A DNA stretch of 24,178 nt from a virus (taxonomy: Duplodnaviria; Caudoviricetes): IMG/VR virus record IMGVR_UViG_3300025392_000943, positions 1 through 24,178 of that record; one strand, 5' to 3'. Shown here in pieces: positions 18,401-24,178 of the stretch. Under the pieces are notes generated by a model that saw only the letters and a list, made by a program, of their open reading frames with translations, was not told the origin of the DNA and ran no database searches. Each line of letters opens with the position of its first letter. The first letter of the stretch is position 1. A program made the position numbers and the translations under genes.

Positions 18401-21400
18401 AGGTAGCAACTGAGAAATCAGCTAATGTAAATTGATTGTATCCTGTTCCATACCAATCTGTATATTCCCAGTAGTCTCTAACATCATAGGATTGTGTTCT
18501 TACTAGAGTCCAATAGCCACTAGTTACTGTTCCATTAGTATTAATAACAGGAGGAATCCAACTATATACACTCCACTTGTTATTAGCGTTTGTATCACTT
18601 AATACTAATGCACTATAGTTTCTAATTACCATTATTGTTGAACTGTCGTAACCTTCTCCGCTCGATTCAATTTTAGCACCGGTGATTTGTCCTTTAGAGT
18701 TAATAATTGCTCTAACAACTGCACCCGAGCCCAAACCGACCACTTCAATGAACGGTGCAATTATATAACCTTTTCCTGCTAAAGGATTACCTTGATTATC
18801 AGTATTAATAATTATACCAACAATTCTACCATCTGCTATAGAAGGACTTATATCTGGTTTAGAAAAATTGCCTACATTTGCAAAATTTAATTCGGCATAA
18901 GTGTCAAAAGATACATCATATAAGCCGGAAGAAATAGCCGGTGGTGTATCATAACTTTCTAAGTTTGAAAGATTATTATTTTCAACTACTTGGTTTTCTG
19001 CCAACAATTGATTTGCTTGCTCTACAAACTCTTTTAATGCTTCAAAACGATTTACAAACATTCCCTGACGGGGTCTATTTTCAATACCATAACGAATTTT
19101 TGGTGGCAACATTGGATCTGGTACTAGTCTACCTACGGAATCTTTACCGCATAAACTATCAATCCATTTTTGTTCAATTACTAAAGGAATATATGTAGTA
19201 GGATCATTACTAATAAGTTTCCAATGGCCGTGTACATTTTGATCTGTTTTTACACCAGTCCAGTACTCTACGCTTAGTACAACTTCGTCGCTCTTTAAAT
19301 ATTGTTTTGTATTAACAAGACTAAAACTGCTAGGACCTGTTAAGGCAAGATATGTATACGCTTGGCCTCTTGGGTTTGCAATTAAGTTTGCAACATCTTG
19401 AGCTGCCATATTTCTTCCTGGTACATTTGGAATAAACTTCTTGTTTTTAACCCAGAAATAATATGTATTTTTAAATTGTTGTGTAGCAGTATTATAAGTT
19501 TGTTTTATGCTATATGCAGTATTTCCGTATAAGGTAGTTCCACTAATTCCAAGAGAAATACCTGTAGGTGTATCTGCTAAACTGTCCCACTGACTTGGTA
19601 GTTGATTATATTTTACCCACTCATATACATCTATGCTTGCACCGGGTGCTAATGTATTCCAATTGGTGTTTTTATAAATTGGATTATCCTGATAAGCATT
19701 TAAAAATTTAGCTGTTCTTAAATCCCACCATAATTGACCAACTTTATCATCAGTCCAAGCTGTTCCAGAATTTACATTAACTGTACTATCTCCTACGCTA
19801 TAAGTTGCAGGATCATATACTGCTTTAAATTTAATTTCTTCGTCTGCAGGGCCAGCAATTTTTCCTTGTGCAGGATCGATTATATCAAGATATGTTACCA
19901 ATGTGCCTAATTTTCTGTTATATAGGAAGGCTTTTTTAATTTTCTTTACATCAGATTTATCAATTTCACTATGAATAATATTCCAAGTTTGTTGTCCTGG
20001 GTTCTTTCCATAATCGTAAACTCGACCAGATTGTAAGCCCTGGTCTATTCCAAACGGCGCACCTACTAGCACATGGTTGCCGCCTACTGCAAAGCCAGAA
20101 CCATATCCATCTGCTACACCTGATTCATTAGTAACAATGGCGGCTACACCTGTTCCTGTTCCATCTCCGGTTGCAGTGAATGTAACTCCGATAGCGTTAG
20201 TACTTGCTCCAATTCTTGTAAAATCAGTTGTTCCTAAACTTAATATCGAGTAAGTATCTCCTACTACGAATTCTCCGGCAGGAGTAACTGGATTAGATCT
20301 AGTTAAACTTTCGCTGAATATCCATTTATCGGCATATTTGTCATAAACATCAACCCTTCCGCTATTAATTTGTCTTACAGTAAACGGTGTTGAATTTTTA
20401 TCAAAAGTAGTTCCATTTGAATCAAATGTTGTTGTAATAAATGTATCGCCATATTGGCTATAAATTACCAACGTATTATAATTGTTCATAAAGGAAATTT
20501 TTCTTCCAAAATGACCGTTTGTTTCTGGCTGATGCGGTAATACTGATTGATAGAATGTATAGTGTCCATTTACATTTTTGAAAACAGATACAGACCCTGC
20601 TTGTTTAATTTGAGTGGTACTAGTTGTATCGTCTGATATAGCAATATACTGTGCATCATCAGATATAGCCAATTGAATATCATAATCAACTCCCGATAGT
20701 ACTTGAGTTAACGAAATTCCAGACAAACTATTTCCAGTAATTGTACCAGCATGAGTTTGTGGTCCAATAGCATGGCTAGCAAAACTCACACTTGAATTTG
20801 TAACCGCAGTTACTACAAATGCACCGTTGAACGAATTAGGCACCATACCGGATACTGTAATAGTATCACCTAGTGCAAACGGAACAAGATTTTGTCTTGT
20901 AAACGTTATTGTTGCAGTTGTACCGTTACCGGATGCTCCAGTAGTAGCAATTGATAAATTTGTTGATGCTCTAAATATTGCAACTATAGCTGTGGTAACA
21001 TTACTTGCGGCACTAATTGCTAAAGTAGAATTATCATTACTGATAGCAAGGCTATAACCAAAATTCATTCCAGTAATTGTTCCAGAATATATTTCTGTTT
21101 GGTCATATCCCCAACCTATGACAGCAAATTCAATTACTCCGCTAGGAGTTGAATCAGGAGTACCTGATAACTGTACTGTAGTAGAATCAAATACAGTTTC
21201 TACAATTTGTCCACTTGTAAATCCTGTACCTAATACATACATTCCTGGTCTGATACCGCTTGTACTTGTTACACGCAATATAGATTCGTAACTACCAACT
21301 GGGTTGTAGGCAGATGTTGCTTGAACTATTGTAGAATACTTTAATTTATAAACTCTACCAGTATTATTAGAATACCCCGGAGCAGATATGTATATTACAT

Positions 21401-24176
21401 CATTTCCAAAAGCAAAACTTGATCCAAAATTTTCATTTTGTACAGCAAATGGACTAATAATAGTATCGACTAATGAATAGATATTGTTTGAATCTTTTTT
21501 GTATAGACTAACAACACCTTGTCCAGCTACGGCAGTCACTGAACCTTGTAATGACCATTGCCCATTACCACTATCAGGTGCTTGTGCGGCTGCCTGTGTT
21601 GCGTACATTTCGCCGCTAGCAGTGGTTAAGGGAACAGTTAAAGGACTACCTTGTACAGCGGTTATAGTGAATTGTGTACTACTAATAATTGTTGCAACAT
21701 AATAAATTACTCCACTAGTAATACCACCAAACGTATTTCCTGAAAAAGTAATTTGATATCCAGTCCCCAATACACTAGTGTCTGTAGTGGTTATGTAGTA
21801 TGTTCCTGCACTAGTATTCGTAACAGTAATAGTTGCTTGACCGTATACAGTTGTTGTTGATTCGTAAATTTTTCCTTTATAAACAACAGTGGTACCTGTT
21901 GACGTATTAAGGTCGTACGGATATACTACTGTTGGATCCCATGTGCCGTAACTGTTAACTGGCACGTAATATACATTTTCCCAATACATTGGATTACCAA
22001 CACTTGGATCGGTATCGAGCGGAACAACTTCAATAGCTTGATAAAAATCTGTAAATCCAGTATCATAATTTAATACACTGACTATTGCGCCTGGACCGTA
22101 GATAATATCAGGAGAATAATCTCCAAGATAATTTGTAACAGCATTGCTCGCTAGTGGACTTCCAGTAATTAAATATTCACCATCTGGTGATATTGCCATA
22201 GACGTTGATATTAAATTCAATGGGTTAACATTGGTAGATACTGTGTATGTTGTTCCGGAACTTGATGCATTAGCTTTTTGACTAATAGTTACACTAACTC
22301 CCGGTGTAACTGCTGTAATTAAAGTATCTAATGGAATTCCTTGTCCGCTAATGATGCCTCCAAGCATGCCATTAACTGCTGAACTCATTGTCACTGTGGT
22401 GCTACCGCGTGTAGTGCTAGCACCGATTAAATAAACTGCATTTGTAGCAATGAATGGCGGTTCTATGATTTGTCTTTGTACCCATGGTAGAGCGGAACTT
22501 GATTTATCATACGTGGTAATTTGGCCGAATCCAGTGCCGACTGCGGCCATATTTCCAGCTCTATTGATTGCAATAACTGAACCAAACTCTAAACTAGCCT
22601 GCGGAGCAGAATTATTAAGATAAGAAATATTATATACTGGATTATATTCCCACGTAGCCCATTTACCATTGCCTTGGTCATCTGTCCATATTTTTTCACC
22701 AGCAGTAATTCTCGGTACAAGTACTGTATCTAAATTGTTTATACTAGATGTACGCTGACTTACTAGTGCATAGACTACCAATTGCCCTGTTTGTGTAAAC
22801 GGTGATGGAAATGATTTAATAACAGCGTTAACTGTAAAAGAATTTAAGTTAATACTAGCAACTTGATAAAAACCTTGTACTATTTCAACTTGTGAAATTC
22901 CAATCCAATCACCTACTTTAAATGATAGTAAGTTTTCTGTTGTAAATGTCAAAGTATCAACATTGTTATAAGAAACATTAGTAATTGCAATTTGTAAATC
23001 AGTATATCTATAAACATTCCAACTTGGGCCATCGAATGACACCGATATGTACGCACCTTCATTGAATTGTGTAATATCTTGATTTGTTAATTCATCTAAA
23101 TAACCTATACTTAAAAATACATCTGATGCGTTTGCATATCCTGCACTTCTCAAATATGGATTATAAACACTTAGTAGTGGCCATGGCTGGCTATTATAGC
23201 CAAACGGTTTTAAATATACATCATTTTTAGTTTGTTGTATAATAAATGTTTCATCTAAGCTAGCATCATTTAAGTTACGTAATTCGACACCCTGTGGATT
23301 AATTCTAAATTTAGACTCGTCTAAAATAAATTCAATATTTTCAAATGCTCGTGCGGCACCATATTGCCCTAAACGTAATGCCCATTCTTCATAAAATACC
23401 AGGCTTTCTAAATTATCAGAACTTAATACATTAAACAACTTGTTAAGGCTGTTTTGTGTACCTTTTTCTTTGATCATTCCCTGGAAGAATTTAAATTCTG
23501 TCACATCGTCTTGCAAAATATTATCTAAATATTGACGCTTTTGATAACCAACTAAGTGCTGAGCCATTTTTTGTTGAGCACTATCAAAGTTATCACTATC
23601 TAAACTATAAAAATCTTCAAACTGACTAGCTTTATAAGACCAATTTGGCAATAACTGAGGTGTTGGTTTATTTTCCAACTGTGTCCAAGAATTTGCATCA
23701 AATGATTGTGTACCACTTAATGCAGATAATGCACTATAATAAAATCCTTGATAGTTTACAATATCCCCAAGTGCGTAATCTTTCCAAGGTTGCCATTCCT
23801 GTATTATTGCTTGATCAAATATAAATCCTGGAATATCAAGACCACCGTACCAATCAATACTCACATGTCCTGCTACTTTGATACGCTCTTGTCTATAACC
23901 ACTTTCAGGATTATATATGACATCGTTAAAAATTGTAGTGTTATCTAAAGTGACTACTTGCTCATGCTGAATTAAATAAAAACTAGCACTATATATACCA
24001 TCAGTAGTTCTTGGAGTATAGGTAACTACATTTCCACTACGATAACTATCTAAATACTGCGGAGCAATTGGTGTTCCATCAACTTTAAAAATTTCATACT
24101 TATAAAATTGATTTTTAATATCATCTACAACTGCTAAAGTAGTAGTAAATGTTAGCTTTGTAGATGCTGGGCTCAA
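12447..24176 (-). CDS. Giant modular virion structural protein (baseplate wedge/adhesin-like), >3,909 aa, 5'-truncated
   Basis: An 11.7-kb uninterrupted ORF open to the window edge. It contains FG-GAP-like propeller blades, CBM5/12-like aromatic repeats, GSGY...P.V.I.G repeats and F/Y.GDG...F repeats typical of large myovirus structural proteins, and lies upstream of the fibre genes. Confidence 0.8.
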   Translation of the reverse strand: MSPASTKLTFTTTLAVVDDIKNQFYKYEIFKVDGTPIAPQYLDSYRSGNVVTYTPRTTDGIYSASFYLIQHEQVVTLDNTTIFNDVIYNPESGYRQERIKVAGHVSIDWYGGLDIPGFIFDQAIIQEWQPWKDYALGDIVNYQGFYYSALSALSGTQSFDANSWTQLENKPTPQLLPNWSYKASQFEDFYSLDSDNFDSAQQKMAQHLVGYQKRQYLDNILQDDVTEFKFFQGMIKEKGTQNSLNKLFNVLSSDNLESLVFYEEWALRLGQYGAARAFENIEFILDESKFRINPQGVELRNLNDASLDETFIIQQTKNDVYLKPFGYNSQPWPLLSVYNPYLRSAGYANASDVFLSIGYLDELTNQDITQFNEGAYISVSFDGPSWNVYRYTDLQIAITNVSYNNVDTLTFTTENLLSFKVGDWIGISQVEIVQGFYQVASINLNSFTVNAVIKSFPSPFTQTGQLVVYALVSQRTSSINNLDTVLVPRITAGEKIWTDDQGNGKWATWEYNPVYNISYLNNSAPQASLEFGSVIAINRAGNMAAVGTGFGQITTYDKSSSALPWVQRQIIEPPFIATNAVYLIGASTTRGSTTVTMSSAVNGMLGGIISGQGIPLDTLITAVTPGVSVTISQKANASSSGTTYTVSTNVNPLNLISTSMAISPDGEYLITGSPLASNAVTNYLGDYSPDIIYGPGAIVSVLNYDTGFTDFYQAIEVVPLDTDPSVGNPMYWENVYYVPVNSYGTWDPTVVYPYDLNTSTGTTVVYKGKIYESTTTVYGQATITVTNTSAGTYYITTTDTSVLGTGYQITFSGNTFGGITSGVIYYVATIISSTQFTITAVQGSPLTVPLTTASGEMYATQAAAQAPDSGNGQWSLQGSVTAVAGQGVVSLYKKDSNNIYSLVDTIISPFAVQNENFGSSFAFGNDVIYISAPGYSNNTGRVYKLKYSTIVQATSAYNPVGSYESILRVTSTSGIRPGMYVLGTGFTSGQIVETVFDSTTVQLSGTPDSTPSGVIEFAVIGWGYDQTEIYSGTITGMNFGYSLAISNDNSTLAISAASNVTTAIVAIFRASTNLSIATTGASGNGTTATITFTRQNLVPFALGDTITVSGMVPNSFNGAFVVTAVTNSSVSFASHAIGPQTHAGTITGNSLSGISLTQVLSGVDYDIQLAISDDAQYIAISDDTTSTTQIKQAGSVSVFKNVNGHYTFYQSVLPHQPETNGHFGRKISFMNNYNTLVIYSQYGDTFITTTFDSNGTTFDKNSTPFTVRQINSGRVDVYDKYADKWIFSESLTRSNPVTPAGEFVVGDTYSILSLGTTDFTRIGASTNAIGVTFTATGDGTGTGVAAIVTNESGVADGYGSGFAVGGNHVLVGAPFGIDQGLQSGRVYDYGKNPGQQTWNIIHSEIDKSDVKKIKKAFLYNRKLGTLVTYLDIIDPAQGKIAGPADEEIKFKAVYDPATYSVGDSTVNVNSGTAWTDDKVGQLWWDLRTAKFLNAYQDNPIYKNTNWNTLAPGASIDVYEWVKYNQLPSQWDSLADTPTGISLGISGTTLYGNTAYSIKQTYNTATQQFKNTYYFWVKNKKFIPNVPGRNMAAQDVANLIANPRGQAYTYLALTGPSSFSLVNTKQYLKSDEVVLSVEYWTGVKTDQNVHGHWKLISNDPTTYIPLVIEQKWIDSLCGKDSVGRLVPDPMLPPKIRYGIENRPRQGMFVNRFEALKEFVEQANQLLAENQVVENNNLSNLESYDTPPAISSGLYDVSFDTYAELNFANVGNFSKPDISPSIADGRIVGIIINTDNQGNPLAGKGYIIAPFIEVVGLGSGAVVRAIINSKGQITGAKIESSGEGYDSSTIMVIRNYSALVLSDTNANNKWSVYSWIPPVINTNGTVTSGYWTLVRTQSYDVRDYWEYTDWYGTGYNQFTLADFSVATLSDLNSIEPVVGETVKVRISNSGGWTLLYKYANSTSVDWTQSYKVVGIEKGTIKLSSSLYNTSGTTQGFDNNIYDSDSYDLVAATELRIILTSLKNDIFVGELNGSYLDLFFGSIHYIHSEQPYIDWIFKTSFVRAQHNIGSLDQPVTYKPDNLANFEDYVNEVKPYKTKVREYISNYDSIDPAQLPITDFDMQPIYEGNKMTLIEVHLQDGQILAQDPAIETYPWKFWTDNVGFIITELKLIDGGSGYVTEPQVIISGNSGSGATARAFISNEKVNRIVLLTPGSGYLSAPTVTINGGTLPTGTPAQVVAIIGKGVVRSNYIGIKFDRVDQKYYITQLEKIETFTGTGSRLQFPLIWGPDNRIGKSTVTINGILALRDTYTLNIISSKSKGYTTYSGTITFTTAPIKGAIIVVTYVIDESLLSATDRIQYYYNPTSGELGKDLAQLMTGIDYGGVIVNGLGFEVSQGWDSVPFYSDKWDTYDSNYTDYSVVVDANTHAFTLPYTPSSGVQLNIYKLSTSVDSYVSDGVTTQYQYNIQDYNPYATVTNTTQTQGIHATFTSINTPSGVFGTILVVSSTSNIVSGMTVSGTGFVSGQTVVSVTNSTTISLSAPPDSIPSGTLVFSFNVAGSKTLSVASVAGVRVGDTLSTADASLKLFASSTTVKSISGTTITLSTILYYDIPESTYITFTRKLVQPTDVVITGTGLATLTNLSNSGIISGSTINIIGSLNPVRLDDPNYNIAPYFAQLIEASAYDAAFTSNYQSIQAGLAIKQHITTYGYKVSETNYSITELISNITGLTNVASNTAAVLEINTNATIIKSIVSGGIVPQPIFTLPYGTPSRIVYNVPNINIPSDGSHIGPYVYIPVATIGATPVTTGWAVSGLGITGFASVTNVVIQHGLVAAQINQSIQLQVESGNYTFISPGYGLYSASTLLNDNIPFIQAELVQYLANNYPSITVNLTDFQTRIQYIVLGLCYDLTYGGNRESVYSATQYWIYNNSIPFIQPSTYWAGIFDYLNTMAQNIITNTPFTRLQTHFFQYTDANLANGVVASTSISSNISTVKTLISNSFYPNATIVNPTLTNVSAGLQTVANTILSNESALTPSINPTAIVNTFLSDGVADGAGVVTKTFTIPQPYTLIDGGQANSTIDIEVDDGGSAGTVYGVLDKVDEGANASANVFIVSNGDEFIIRQTTSDGSIAPQDKDYDTALDGGDTSTLTGIFATATGLAADDIIVDGDGFVTPITNVAPEEVVPGQLVDTLAIKVFDKPTSGSAMIKVDNYVGNGTNTTFKVTQQANGPGAIIVKVNNLIKTITTDYDIDFNNSNVVFHTAPTLNSEVSLFSIGISGANIIDIDHFIGDGSTKEFVTNATWTSPVTSLVYVNGAVASPQLFKTDSTYSYSNAIGFRFGTAPKVGDLVNFIIVAGSSPTYAITNVETVLTNGSATYTLSNTVGNSLPNESNMIVRVDQNILSGPNNSYFTIGSNRLNYNIDPTKFVPYSVDITTINVYVGNNILTLGKDYIVDLGGVTIKINKNTYNTYKGQELVVSIITGEGYTFNPLNNQITFSQAYDNTHVVQVITSYQHEFLDIQRTTVSASSTASLVANSAEYFYYENILGGVVILDRPVLSDYYVWVIKNNTLLVPVVDYKLNEDYQSITLAQNCISTDQITLITFGSNVLKSGIAYMQFKDMLNRVSYKRLSQLKQTTLAQDLHWNDINIVLTNASAFDLPNPSKNKPGVVEIRGERIEYFSLVGNTLSLLRRGTLGTGVNTLVVAGTNVQDIGGSETIPYQDTQIVQQFISDGTATINLDFTPASVNEIEVFVGGYNDGAQWEPGAVYAVGSIVNIGVYTYRCLISHSSGSTFHSPVTTVTINADGTTTATAINVLSSSVWQFFIGNRRLKKVGYSVFNINNAPSSPEGDVAFKPDFTVDGTTPQITLTNLLSFGTNVTVVKNTGTAWDNTTNILYDTGKISDFIRSAPGIWYSEYK

Positions 24177-24178
24177 AC

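Noticed and set aside
3269-23948. The short + strand ORFs in the track (for example 3269, 6842, 7881, 8165, 11053, 11428, 11756, 12045, 12285, 13078, 14563, 16420, 18941, 20827, 21484, 23748)
   Set aside because: They are antisense shadows of long minus-strand genes, with no credible products and mostly non-ATG starts.
24174-24176. TTG called as the start of the giant ORF
   Set aside because: It is just the first in-frame codon at the window edge, so the gene most likely begins outside the window.
1-24178. Stop-codon reassignment, as seen in some large phages
   Set aside because: Standard-code ORFs tile the window almost fully, and TAA, TAG (1507-1509) and TGA (5360-5362) all end plausible full-length genes.
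6700-24178. Diversity-generating retroelement, invertible tip cassette, CRISPR array, intron or intein
   Set aside because: I saw no reverse transcriptase, recombinase, near-identical nucleotide repeats, spaced direct repeats or splicing motifs. The repeats present are diverged and visible mainly at protein level.

Overview
This AT-rich, densely coding window looks like part of a large (jumbo-type) tailed-phage genome read in the standard genetic code. The left end (+ strand, 1-1559) holds a 5'-truncated hypothetical gene, a small hypothetical gene and thyX, closed by an intrinsic terminator that lies inside the opposing gene. Everything else is on the minus strand. In order, it carries a 5'-truncated giant (>3,900 aa) modular virion protein, a 202-aa probable structural protein, three paralogous fibre-like genes with a shared N-terminal module but different tips, and a 298-aa probable virion protein. 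These are followed by a translationally coupled six-gene cassette containing four DxD-motif, GT-A-like glycosyltransferase candidates in two paralog pairs. The best candidate for an undescribed system is this cassette plus its leader (5711-5759). There, a TTGACA-N17-TATTAT promoter sits inside an extended hairpin that would hide the ribosome-binding site on read-through transcripts from the structural genes. Family calls come from motif recognition by eye, not from database searches. I saw no RNA genes, CRISPR arrays or mobile elements.
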